Assembly: GCF_006345805.1 (NCBI RefSeq)
Contig: NC_043010.1
Location: 29,202,001-29,266,000, forward strand
Source of the DNA: Octopus sinensis
Lineage: Eukaryota
DNA length: 64,000 nucleotides
Direction of reading: 5' to 3'
Part shown: one piece after another, positions 42,601-54,801 of the stretch
Layout: each line of letters opens with the position of its first letter
Numbering within the stretch: position 1 is the stretch's first letter
Made by a program: the position numbers and the translations under genes
Notes under the pieces: generated by a model
Databases searched by the model: none
Seen by the model: the letters and a program-made list of their open reading frames with translations, nothing else
Told to the model about the DNA's origin: nothing

Positions 42601-43341
42601 TTAAAAACCCCACTTATCACTTTTTGTAAAATTGAGAATCGATCAATTTACAGTAAATTGTCATGACATGAAAAAAAATATTATGGAAAAACCGACCCTG
42701 AAATATGCAGATAGCCCTATGTTATGCACATATATTAAACGGTTACCCTAGCTTGAGATAATCGATACATTAATATAGCTGAAGTTATTAAGTCAGCGGT
42801 GTTGTTGATAACTTTTCCCTTTCTGAATAACGCCGGTGACGTGTTATAAGGTCCCTATTACAATTTAATACATTCAGAAACTATTTCAATTTCCACCTTC
42901 AGTTTTTATATTCAGCCAAAACTAAATAGATTTTTACACGCTCTATTAATGAGAGGGCCCTGTGCAGGATCAATCGACGTATTGGAAAAATAAATCAAGA
43001 GAATGGTCACACGATGCTGTTGATCATTGGTCTGTTCGTCTTAGCTGACCTGGTTAATACAGTAAAACCGTCTTCACTTATTTGGTTAAGAACTGCTGGT
43101 TGAGACGAACAAATCGACCCTAATACTTATTTCGAAGTCTTATACTATATGATTAGGTTTCATTTGCCGAACCGCCAAATTGCAGGGACATAAACAAACA
43201 ACACCGGTCTTCAAGCGGCGTGAACGTCAAACACAAAGACGCACACACACGCATACATACATATACACACACACGACGAGCTTCCACACAGTTTCCGTTT
43301 AGCAAATTTACTCATAAGGCATTGTTCGGGCCAAGGTTATA

Positions 43342-44554
43342 CGAGGAGGTACCCAAAAGATTAAGTGGGGGATAACTAGTAAGGCGACATAAATAAGGAT
43401 ATTATTTACTTTGGAACTGATCAGAATAACTCGTGGAAGACCAGCGTACTGCAATTCATTGTTCCTGATATTCAAATCGTCAACCGTGAATCAGTCTTAG
43501 AATATCACCCAATGAGCCGAATCACGAGAAAAGATTCCTCATTAGCTGGCACGGCGTTGACTAATTATGAATTTATACACGTACGAAAATTTTAATTCGC
43601 CATTTTACCTTATTACGGTATTTGTTGTTTAACATTAAGTTGACTTACTAGTTATCTCCCCCTTAATTTTTATTTACTTTTTTAAGTTCCTAAACTGAGC
43701 AATTGCCGAGACCAGAATTTTGCAATATTATTTTATTCACTTAGTTTTACATGTTTACACTTTTATTGCCTTCAAAGTATTTGAAGCAATGCATCGGCCC
43801 AGACGGGTACTCCACTGTTTGAAACAGTGCTGGGACTCTTGCAAAGTGATGCCTTTTAACGCCTCCGTCGTTTTTTCCTCCCCTTTTCCACATCTGCAAA
43901 TTCCGTAGCACCAACTTTCATCACCAGTGATGACCTTCGAAAAAACAAAGGGCCGGATCAACTTCCAGCTGTTCTTTTAGTTCATGACTTGCATTAAGTC
44001 GTGACTGCTTTTGATTTTCAGTGAGCAAGAGGGGCACAAATTTTACTGCAACTCTTTTCATTTGCAATTCCTCACTCAAAATTCGTTGGCAGCAGCTCCA
44101 AAACACCCCAATCATATCAACAAGTCCGTCAATTGCTCAGTGACAGTCTTTCAAGATAAGTTCAAGAATTTTCATGATGTTCTCATTTATTTGGGAGGTT
44201 GATAGTTGTCCTGAACGAAGCTGGTCTTCAAGCGACTAGTGACCATTCCTGGAAAACTTGTGTTTTGCTCATGGCAGCATCCTCGTAAGCTGTTTGAAGC
44301 ATGACAACTGTTTCAACTGCCATTTTCCCCTACAGAAAACAGAATTTCCCAGGAGCACACTGTTTTCTCATTTCAACCATTGCAAAAATCAATGAACAGA
44401 GAAGAAGCATGTGGCAGTATGACCTCACTTGATGACATCGGTCAGCAGACTGATGACAGAGGGTCGAATCAAGTGGCTTCTAGTGGCAGAACCCCAAACT
44501 GCAAATGGCTTGTCCCACAGAGAACATTTGTGGCTACTTTTGGGTACCTCCTCT
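43342..44554 (-). mobile_element. Internally deleted mariner element
   Basis: TIRs cgaggaggtacccaaaa / ttttgggtacctcctc flanked by TA; transposase remnants ETVVMLQTAYEDAAMSK, MKRVAVKFVPLLLT, VITGDESWCY, CFKQWSTRLGRCI. Confidence 0.88.
43365..43662. mobile_element. 298-bp MITE with TTAA TSD and GG-start TIRs (Kolobok-like), nested in the mariner
   Basis: TTAA at 43361-43364 and 43663-43666; TIR gtgggggataactagtaag / cttactagttatctccccc. Confidence 0.7.
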
Positions 44555-45027
44555 TAGTACAAGATACTTTCTCAAGATACTGTAAAGTGGAACTTGAAAC
44601 TACATGCAGAGAGCCTTTTAACCACACTGCCAGGCTTGCAACATTGTATCTAATAAATATGCATGTCTGTGACTTTATGCATATATCTGGAAGTCTATCC
44701 TTGTGTGAACCACAGCAGTCACTCACAAACGATTATGACTTATGTGGTAGCATGTACCACACTTTCGGTAAATGTTTTAGTTGTCTATGTCATCACAAAC
44801 AAGCATACACCACCCTCTTGATCCTCCCATCCATTATAACCAGCGGGAAATCCCTCAACTTACCCTGAAATGAAACACCAAAATGCAGCTGTGTTGAATG
44901 CCATGGGCGGCAGTCACAAACAATTGTCATGAAAACTGAAATGCACGTGCATGTCGTGGAGGTTATGGGTGTAAAATTCAACTTAAACTGCGTTCCTAGC
45001 ATTCATAACTTGGACGCATCAGGTATG

Positions 45028-45235
45028 ACCCAATTGTCAGCAGCTCAGAGAGAACAAGCTATTGGCCAATTGCAAGCAAGGCAATGTGCCCTGGTTGTTG
45101 TGAAAGCTTACAATGTCCATATCAGCACCATCTATTGCCTGCAACAATGATACAACACCAACAGCACTGCAGACTATGCCCACAGAGGCCCCCATATGAC
45201 CATGCCCAGGCAGGACCGCTCCATCCAACTGCAAC
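45028..45235 (+). mobile_element. Tc1-like transposase N-terminal fragment
   Basis: MTQLSAAQREQAIGQLQA...YNVHISTIYCLQQ*YNTNSTAD..HRGP.MT.PRQDRSI (paired-like HTH region). Confidence 0.7.
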
Positions 45236-45239
45236 ACCT

Positions 45240-46800
45240 CTAACCCCCAAAGCTTTCCTCACTCCATCCATCCATCCCAAAGTCTGCCTCTGGATTTACT
45301 GCCTACCATTTCTGCCTTCATCACCTTCCTTACCATCTGCTCCTCATCCATCCTCTCTATTTGGCCAAACCACCCCAACATTCATCTATCCATTTTGGTT
45401 GTTAGTTTTTTTCTCATTCCTCATCCTGTCCATCCATGTCACACCAACCATTGCCCTCAAACATCTCATCTCAAACACATTCTTTCCACCTCTCTCAGCC
45501 CCCACGTCTCTGCACCATTGTCAGCACAATCACACCCTCATACACACCTCTTTTCACTTTCATATTCAACTTTTTATCTCTCAGCATATATATTCACAAC
45601 TCCAAGTATATTACTCTCCTCCCTCACTCTGTATCCCACCTCCTCAGCCACCCCACCCACCTGCCATCACGTGATCCCAGATACTTAAAAACACTCACTT
45701 CCTCTAACATCACACCATTTATATTCACATCCATCCTACCAGCCCTTCCATCGCTCAAACATCTCATCACCTTACTCTTAGCTACATTCACTTTTAGTTT
45801 CCTCCTCTCACACACTCTTCCAGACTCTACCACCAGCCTCTTCAGTTGCTCTTCCGAATCCGCCACCAGTGCTGTATCATCAGCAAACAACAACTGACTC
45901 GCCTGCCATTTCTCTCCATTTCCTCCCACCAATTGGGTTCCCCTACCAAAGGTTCTAGCATTTACCTCTCTCACCATACCATCCATATACAAATTAAACA
46001 GCCACAGAGATATCACACAACCCTGTCTTGACCCCACCTTCAGATTAAACCACTCACTTCACCACCTACCCTAACGCATGCCCTACTTTCTCTATAAAAA
46101 CTCTGTACAGCTCTCAACAATCTATCATCTACTCTTTATAACTGCAACACCTACCACACTGCATCCCTATCCACATGGTCATATGCCTTCTTTAGGTCCA
46201 TAAAGGTCCAATACAACTCCCTCCCTTTTGCCAAAAACTTCTCACACATCGTCTTACTACAAATATTTGATCTGTACACCCCCTTTCACTCCTAAAACCA
46301 TACTTCTCCTCCCCTAGCACACTCTCTGGTTCCTCACCTTAACAATCAGAATTCTCCCATACAGTTTACCAACCACACACAACAGACTTATAGCCCTAAA
46401 ATTTCCACACTCACATTTATCCCCTTTCCCCTTGTACAGCGGCACTATATAGGCACTTTGGTACTCTTCCAGTCATAAAACAAACATTCATAAACCTCAC
46501 TAACCATTCAATCACTGTCACTCCCCCTTTCTTTAGGCATTCCACTATACACCCACCTATAACCTTCTGATTTGCCATCTCCCGCAGGGATTCCCTCACC
46601 TCCTCTCTTCCAGTTGAACCATAGTTCCATTACCCAACAACAAGCATTCTCCTATCTCCTCCTACAGCCACTATACTTGCCTCCCTAACATCCCCTACAT
46701 TTAACAGCCCACTAAAATACTCTTCCTATCTCCTTTGTACATCCTCACTTCCTTTCAACAAATTTCCATATACATCCTTTCTCCAACTACCTTTCTTATA
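45240..46800 (-). mobile_element. RTE-like LINE RT remnant, degraded
   Basis: ECLKKGGVTVIEWLVR, RQGCVISLWLFNLYMD, QLLFADDTALVAD, LKVNVAKSKVM, FKYLGS. Confidence 0.85.
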
Positions 46801-47319
46801 TATAGAGATAGTTTTTATTGAACAATATTTGTAACAGAGTTTTCAGTGAAGAATCACTTTTAAAACAGATTTTGATTGCTCACAAAATTACAACCCAACA
46901 ATTGATAATTATAAAATTTTCAAGATTTAAAATTACATATAAATCTAAATATTTTGTTAGAAATTACAAAAAAATTTTACATGAATTTCTCAGTTATAGT
47001 TCTTTTTACAGTAAATCAGTACAATATTTGTCCACTGTGCTGGTGCCATGTAAAAAGCCCCTAGCACATTCTATAATGTGGTTGGTATTAGAAACAGCAT
47101 CCAGTCACAGAAACTGTGCCAAAGTATACAATGGCAGCTGGTGCAGCTTCTGGCCTTACCAGCTCCTGCCAAACCATACCAGAAGGCAAAATGAACATTA
47201 AATGATAAAGATAATATTTCAACATATGTGCTCAACAGTCTGTACTTGACTGTAGACAATAAGTCAAGGTTTGCGAAAGAAAGATTTCAGATATTTAAAG
47301 TTCACAGTTTAAAAACTTC

Positions 47320-48020
47320 CCTTCATTGTGTAGTCTTTGTGTCTTTTTAAGACACTGTTTGTAATAAATGATTTGCCACAAAAGTCTCAGCAATAGTTTT
47401 TGTTTCCAGGATGTATTTGCTCATATGTTCTTAAATTACTGTTAATGACAAAAGATTTTCACATGTCTTACAGCAATGTGGTTTTTCTCCAGTATGTACA
47501 TGTTTATGAACTATAAGCAATTGCACTAAAAGACTTCCCACAGAGCTAACAATGAAATAGTTTTTCTCTGTATGTATTCTTTTGTGTTTTGTTAAATCAC
47601 CATTACAAGCAAAAGATTTGCCACACATTTCACAACGATAGGGTTTTTCCCCAGTGTGACTATGTTTGTGAATTGTCAGTTTAGAATTCTTGGGAAATGA
47701 CTTCCTACAAATTTCACAGTGAAATGGTTGTTGTCCCACAAATTTCACAAGAAACATTGCCAGATCAGATTGGAACCTGATGCAGCCGCTGGCTCTCCAG
47801 ACCTCAATCTAAACTGTTCAACCCATGCCAGCAAGGAAAACAGACGTTAAACAATGATGATGTCACAGTAATATTCAGGAATTTTTCCTCTGTACTGATT
47901 TTTGTTTAATACATTTCACCACATAATAATTCTCCAACACAATGTTTGTGTATTTATACCTATATTGTTAAAAACAGGTTTCTTAGAAATGTCCAAGTGA
48001 TTAACATATTCTATATTAAT
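47320..48020 (-). pseudogene. C2H2 zinc-finger pseudogene B (paralog closest to gene C)
   Basis: Start codon ATG changed to ATA; N-terminus homologous to A and C; SINE at about 47757-47862 coincides with loss of the middle fingers; remaining fingers match C fingers 10-14, with frameshifts and stops. Confidence 0.88.
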
Positions 48021-48780
48021 TCTCTGGGAATTTTCAAAAGCTAGGAAATGTCCATAGATATGTCATGGTTCAGTTCTTTGTCATTGATATCTCTTTACAT
48101 GTGCAGATAATAAGTAATTTAGATTACATTTTCTACTTACCATTAGAAAACTTGTTGCTGACTAGTCCTCTTGAAGTGGACAGCATTTTGTGGATTAATA
48201 TCTCTCTATATATAAATGGGAAAATGTCTGTGTGTGTGTGTGTATCCTTTATACAAATCCACAATTTTTCATTTAGAGGGCTTGTACTTTCTATGGTCAT
48301 TCAAAACCGTCCAAGGGTGGTCGTGCACATCTTTACATTTCTCCAGTCACCCCAGAAAGCCATTAAAAAATCAATAGAAGTGACTTTTTTGTGAATTTTC
48401 TATCCAAAACCCAATCAAAATGCCCGAAACTTGATACGCCAATTGAATGCCAGCTAGCTGTATGTGATTGGTCGAAGATTTGGACAGTACTCGCGTGTAT
48501 GTGCACACGCACGCAGCTGTATATGCATGCACTAGCCCACACACATACACACTTGCACATATACACATGTAGATACACATGCATGAAGTCTCATTTTGGA
48601 AGTATTATTCTTTTACTTGTTTCAGTCATTTGACTACAACCATGCTGGAACCCCAGGACTTATTCTTTGTAAGGTTACTCCTTATTCTATCAGTCTCTTT
48701 TGCCAAACCACTAAGTTACAGAGATACAAACACACCAACATCAGTTGTCAATCGACAGCGGGGGAGGGGGGAACACAAAT

Positions 48781-48811
<31 letters not shown>

Positions 48812-49139
48812 CATACATATATATATAACAAGCTTCTGTTTACCAAATCCACTCACAAGGCTTTGGTCGGCCCGAGGCTATAGTACAAGACACTTGCGCA
48901 AGGTGCCACACAGCGGAACTGAACCTGGAACCATGTGGTTGGGAAGCAAGCTTCTTTATTTCAATATTTTGCCATAAAGGCATAACATAGAGGGGACACT
49001 ACAAAACATGTGGGGACATATAACAATTAAAAATATGTAAAAATAAAATATGATACTATGAGTGACGTGAAAATGAACATGAGAAAATACATCAAGGTTA
49101 TGATAACATGCACGATATCTGAAAATGAAAATATGAAGA

Positions 49140-50312
49140 GTGTGCTACTCACCCCACACTAAGTAACACCACTCGCTGCCTCTCAGTCCTACTTCCTCTT
49201 TAGTCTCTAGTCTAGTCCTTCTATTTCCGCTCTTGCTATCGCTCAGTGACAACACTCTTTCATAACCTTTTTCACTGGGGAAGAGGTCTTCTAAATTCTG
49301 TGGTGTCTGCTCTTTTTCTTTTTTTCCTGTGGGGGAAGGGGGTGGGTGGGTCTGGTGCCTGTATCTGAGTGATCTTGGGTGGGATGGAGTTGGACTGGGG
49401 TACCACATCACACTCTGTTCTTTCTTTTCTTCCTTCTACTCTCTCTTACTACCCATTCTTCCTCCTTCTCCATAACTGGTTCGTCTGTTGTTTCATCCAT
49501 TGTTTTCTTCTGCAGAAAGCAGTGTACTCTAATGTGGGCCTTTTGGACACATTTAAAACAACAAGGCCAGCGCCGCCTTGGCTGGCTTCCGTGCCGGTGG
49601 CACGTTAAAAGCACCAACCGATCGTGGTCGATGCCAGACCCCCCCCCCCGGCACCTGTGCAGGTGGCACGTAAAAAGCACCCACTATACTCGTGGAGTGG
49701 TTGGCATTAGGAAGGGCATCCAGCTGTAGAAACACTGCCAGATCAGACTGGAGCCTGGTGCAGCCCTGGCTTCCCAGACCCCGGTCGAACCGTCCAACCC
49801 GTGCTAGCACGGAAAACAGAAGTTAAACGATGATGATGATGATGATGGGTCTCTGCCATCCACCCACTCTTAACACAATTTCTCCCGTCACCGTCTCTGC
49901 CAGACTCTCTAGCTGCTTCTCCTATGCCTGCAAGATGAGATCCAGTGATTTCTCTTTCCATCCTCCTTCTTCTGTTTCCGTGGCTTGAAGGACAGCCACC
50001 TCCTCCTCACTTCCAACAAGGATGGCTTCTGCACCCTTAGCCACTTCTATATCAGGTGGGATTGCTTCCACCCTTACCTTGGAAGTCTTTCTTCCAAGAT
50101 ATGTGGGCAGAAGCACTACCTCTTCCATCCTTGCCAGCCTCCTCCACTGTCCTAAACTGGACGACCACTGTTCCGTATTTACAGCCTTTGGTTATATACA
50201 TTATTTGGTTCGACCGTTTCCTTAGCGCTTTTTCTATTATTTCCGCTTCCACCTGTTCAGCCTTTTTGTTCTTCAGCGAGCGCACCCAATAGGTGATAGT
50301 TTTCATCTCCAT
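49140..50312 (-). mobile_element. gag/ORF1-like retroelement remnant with CCHC zinc knuckle, split by a SINE
   Basis: N-terminal RRM-like text (YGTVVVQFRTVEEA, LLPTYLGRKTSKVRV), then CFKCVQKAHIRVHC (C-x2-C-x4-H-x4-C) and a basic tail EWVVRESRRKKRK. Confidence 0.6.
49567..49848 (+). mobile_element. Octopus-type SINE family 2 (tail ...gttaaacgatgatgatg). Other copies at about 47757-47862(-), 57950-58270(+), 59630-59900(-)
   Basis: Shared body ggcattaggaagggcatccagctgtagaaac...gactggagcctggtgcag... and (GAT)n tail. Confidence 0.8.
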
Positions 50313-53300
50313 TTGCTCTATGATTCTTTAACCCTTTCGTTACTGTATTTATTTTGAGATGCTCTGTGTTTCTTTCAATTATTTTAAATATAACAAAGAA
50401 TTTAGTAAAATAACTTAGTTATCATTAAGCTAGTATTAGGAATATAAATTGCGACTAAGGTTTGGTGATATATTTTGATGCAAAACTTATGAAAACAAGA
50501 CATTTGTACTACAGAGCCAGAGCCGGTTTTGGCCGGGTTGGTAACGAAAGGGTTAAGGCAGCGACAACTTCACACTGCCATCCAACTACTGCGTCATTTT
50601 TCTATATTCCTTTAGTCCAGCCAGGTCTACATCCTTTTTCTTCACCTTCACCACCTCAGAAAAATTTCTTGTTCTCTCCAATATTCCGTTCATTCTTCTC
50701 ACCGTCTTCACCAGCTCCTCCTCTGTTGAAGATAATTCAGACCTGCTAAAATCTGAATACATTTTCTCTAAACAGCACAAAAATCCCGTCCGACTCTCAA
50801 AAAAACAAACCAGCATGAGCAGTAACCAGAAGCAAGCTTCTTACCACACAGCCACTCCTGCACCTATTATATTAAAGTTTTTATCATTTTGGAATGAAGA
50901 ACACAAACATAGGTGCTGAGCCAGTGACTAAACTTGTTTAAGATTCAAGGTTAGTTTTTATAACTTTATTGAACTATCAACATTATTATAAAGGTACAGA
51001 ATATGGTATTGCTACAGGTTCTCAATCTGCAGAAATAGCAACCAAATCACATCCTACTATCCTAGAAGGATGACACATTTGATTATTAAATCTTCAATAA
51101 GCAAAAATTGCGATGCTCAGAATTGGAACACCTTTGATTATGGATCTACTGAATCAATGTTGAACATTGATTAATGAACAACAATAACAAACAACATGAC
51201 ACAGTGGACTCCAAAAGATCATGGAATAAAGGCGGCAAACCATTAAGATGTTCAAACTTTTGTTGACAAACTAACAACTAATCAATACGATTGCCAAGTT
51301 CTGCTGACAAACTAGTATCACAGTATTGAAACTCATGAGTCATTCAATCAAACAATAAGATTGTTGTCATTAAAACCAAGTTACTGGTATGCTTTATCTC
51401 AGGTGTCAAAATACAGGTGTTGGTATCTAGGATTGTGTAAGTTATGTATAGAGACAATATTTTGTTATAACTAGTAGTGAATCAATTTTTTTATCTGGAA
51501 AGTATCTCTGCTCAATATATAGAAAAAGAATAGGTAGGAATACCATACAGTGTACTCAAAGTCAACTATGTGTGCACAAGAAGTTAGTGGGAGCATAGGC
51601 AGATTAATATAAACAAAAGATTTCTACATAGTAGATACACAGGCATAGTTAAAAGTAGGAACAACATTGAAATAATTTTTTTTAAATGCTTAAAAGCCTC
51701 TATATATGTAGGCAATAGCTTCTCTTATCTAAATGACAAAATTAGAAGTGGAAATGGGTGTAGCAGAAGAATAGTACCCAGAGTAAGAAGAGGACAGTTC
51801 CCTCTGTTGGCAACAAAAGATTTTTCTATCATAATGAAGAAGGGTAAATTGTAGTACTTCTATACAAAGTGCGATACTACACAGTAGTGAAACAGGGTCA
51901 CTGAGTAAAGACTGGAAAGATGTAAATTGGTTTCCACAATTTCAGGGGTGGGGTAAGTTGATTACTTTGACCCTGGTATTCAACTGGTACATATTTTATT
52001 GACCCTGGAAGGATGAAAGGTAAAGTTGACCATGGTAGAATTTGAACTCAGAACATGAAGATGAAATGCTGCTAAGCAATTTGTTCAGTATAACAATTCT
52101 GCTAGCTTGCCACCTTTGGAAGATGTAATATTAGCATGACAGAGCAACTTGGATGTAGAGTGAAACAGAGATACTGAGCTGGCAAAGGCATATATGCATA
52201 GTTGACATTTTGGAGAAAGAAATGCCAGATGTTCAAAGAGGAAGGAACTTATGGAAAGTGAAAAGATGAACCAATCTCAAGATGCTAAACTTTACAAAGG
52301 AAATGGTGTACTCTGAAAAGTAGAGAGAGAAAGATACTAGAAAAAACTAGTCCAATTTATGGAAGTATGGAAAGATGAATTTTAATATGATGATGATAAG
52401 GACAAAAATTTGGTTTATTCAGAAAATATCATTGTAGAAAGTTTCCACAAATTTCATACCTAAAAGTTTTTACCATTTAAGTTTTTCACTTATGGTTTAT
52501 GAAACTGAGTCTTTGTAAAAAAAAATTACAGACAAATAACAATGCATAGATCTTTTTTTTAACATGTCTATGTATTTGTGGATTACATGACTAGAAGCTC
52601 AGAGAATGGTTTTTCAACATATTTCACCCAAAGAACATTTTCCTCCAGTGCGTATACAGCAGTGTATTACGTGTGCAGACTTATTTCACATTTGTTCCCC
52701 ATGTTTCACATTGTATCCAATGTGTACTCATTTATCAATGACCTGTTTATAATTCACAAAGGATTTCTCAAATATTCAGATATAAAACCAATAGTTTTCT
52801 TTTAAAAGCCATCATATTTAAACATTAACAACTATGTACAGTGGACAAATATTGAGTTGGTCTGTTGAAAATATTCTCTGTAAATAGAAGCAAAAAGAAC
52901 AAAAGAAAAAACTGAGAAATAAAGATCCATCAAATGAGAGAATTTAAATGAAATGATTTCTGACATATTTTATCATGATGTTTTTTAGTCTGTACTTGCT
53001 GGTGGGTAAAATGTTTAGATTTGCAACATTAAGATGTCTCATACAAGATTACTTTGATTAAATTTAATACTTATTAATTTGCATTGTTTTAAATTAATCA
53101 TGCATTATCTTCTAACTTTGAGATTTCAAAGATGTGATTGTTTATTTTTTTAGAATGACATTGCAAGGTGAATGTGAGAGGCCAGATTTTGAGTTTGAAC
53201 ATAAAACAGATAGAACATTTGGGCTGGATATGACCTGTTTAACCCTTTAGTGTTCACATTATTCTGCCAAAATCAATGCTTTTTCATCCACATTGTTTTG

Positions 53301-53469
53301 AACTAATCAGTCATTATCTTGGAGCTATGAGATTTTGATGAGGTAGCTGTTAATTTTTAAAATGATATTGTAGGGTTGGTGTGAGAGACCAGATCTGGCC
53401 AGTTTGAACATAAAACAGGCAGAATACTTTTGGCCGGATATGGCTGGTTTAAATGCTAAAGGGTTATGG

Positions 53470-54801
53470 TCAAAAGGTTAAAGATTTATCTCTGGTATGT
53501 ATTTGTTTGTGTCTTTTTAAGATACTGTTTGTGATAAACAGTTTACCACAGATTGCACAGTGATAGTTTTTTTCCCCAGAGTGTATTCGTTCGTGGTTTT
53601 TTAAATTACTGTTACTGACAAAAGATTTTTCACATATTTTACAGCAATATGGTTTTTCTCCAGTGTGAATTCGTTTGTGAACCACAAGACTAGAATTTTC
53701 TACGAAAGATTTTCCACAGATCTCACAGTGAAATGGTTTTTCGCCTGAATGTATTCTTTTGTGTTTTGTTAAATCACCATTACTAACAAAAGATTTTCCA
53801 CACATTTCACAACGATAGGGTTTTTCTCCAGTGTGACTACGTTTGTGAATTGTCAATTTAGAATTCTCCGGGAATGACTTCCCACAAATTTCACAGTGAA
53901 ATGGTTGTTCTCCAGTGTGAATTGTTCTGTGGGTTTTTAAGTGACTGTTTTTCATAAATGATTTCCCGCAAACTTCACAATGATATGGTTTTTCTCCAGT
54001 ATGTCTACGTTTATGGAATATAAGACTAGACTTTTCAATGAAAGATTTCTCACACATTTCACAGTGGAACCGTTTTTCTCCAGAATGTATTCGTTTGTGC
54101 TTTGTTAAATTACTGTTAGAGACAAAATACGTTCCACATATTTCACAGTGATAAGGCTTTTCTCCAGTGTGACTATGTTTGTGGATAACAAGACTAGAAT
54201 TATTGACAAAAGATTTCCCGCATGTTTCACAGCAATAAGGTTTTTCTCCCGTGTGGCTACGTTTGTGGATTTTCAGCTTAGAATTCTCAGAGAATGATTT
54301 CCCACACATTTCACAGTGAAACGGCTTCTCTCCCGTGTGAACCCTTTTATGTCTGGTTAAATTACTGTTATCGACAAAATGTTTTCCGCATATTTCACAA
54401 TGATAGGGCTTTTCCCCGGTATGACTCCGTTTGTGGATTGTAAGCTGAGAATTCTCAGAGAAAGATTTCCCACATATTTGACAGTGAAACGGTTTTTCTC
54501 CAGTATGCATTCGTTTGTGACTTGTTAAAATACTATTATAGACAAAATATTTACCACATATATCACAGCGAAAGGGGTTTTCCCTGTCGTGTGTTTCTTT
54601 ATGTGTTAAGACTTCATGTTCGGAAAAGAATGTTTTCTTACAAATCTCACAGTGATATTCAGGAATCTTTCTCTGTACTGAGTTTTGTTTAGTAAATGTT
54701 CCATTACATAAAGATTCTTCGTCACTATACTTCTGTGTAGCTGTATGTATATTGTTGAAAACCTGTTTATTAGAAGTGTCCAAGTAATTAACGTTCTCCA
54801 T
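53470..54801 (-). CDS. Tandem C2H2 zinc-finger protein C (443 aa, 14 fingers, single coding exon)
   Basis: Open ORF with 14 C2H2 units; N-terminus homologous to gene A; 5'-UTR intron with GT-AG at about 54829-54886. Confidence 0.93.
   Translation of the reverse strand: MENVNYLDTSNKQVFNNIHTATQKYSDEESLCNGTFTKQNSVQRKIPEYHCEICKKTFFSEHEVLTHKETHDRENPFRCDICGKYFVYNSILTSHKRMHTGEKPFHCQICGKSFSENSQLTIHKRSHTGEKPYHCEICGKHFVDNSNLTRHKRVHTGEKPFHCEMCGKSFSENSKLKIHKRSHTGEKPYCCETCGKSFVNNSSLVIHKHSHTGEKPYHCEICGTYFVSNSNLTKHKRIHSGEKRFHCEMCEKSFIEKSSLIFHKRRHTGEKPYHCEVCGKSFMKNSHLKTHRTIHTGEQPFHCEICGKSFPENSKLTIHKRSHTGEKPYRCEMCGKSFVSNGDLTKHKRIHSGEKPFHCEICGKSFVENSSLVVHKRIHTGEKPYCCKICEKSFVSNSNLKNHERIHSGEKNYHCAICGKLFITNSILKRHKQIHTRDKSLTF

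Noticed and set aside
45084-45897. Plus-strand Pro/Ser/His-rich ORFs (196, 97 and 153 aa)
   Set aside because: They are antisense shadows of the RTE remnant.
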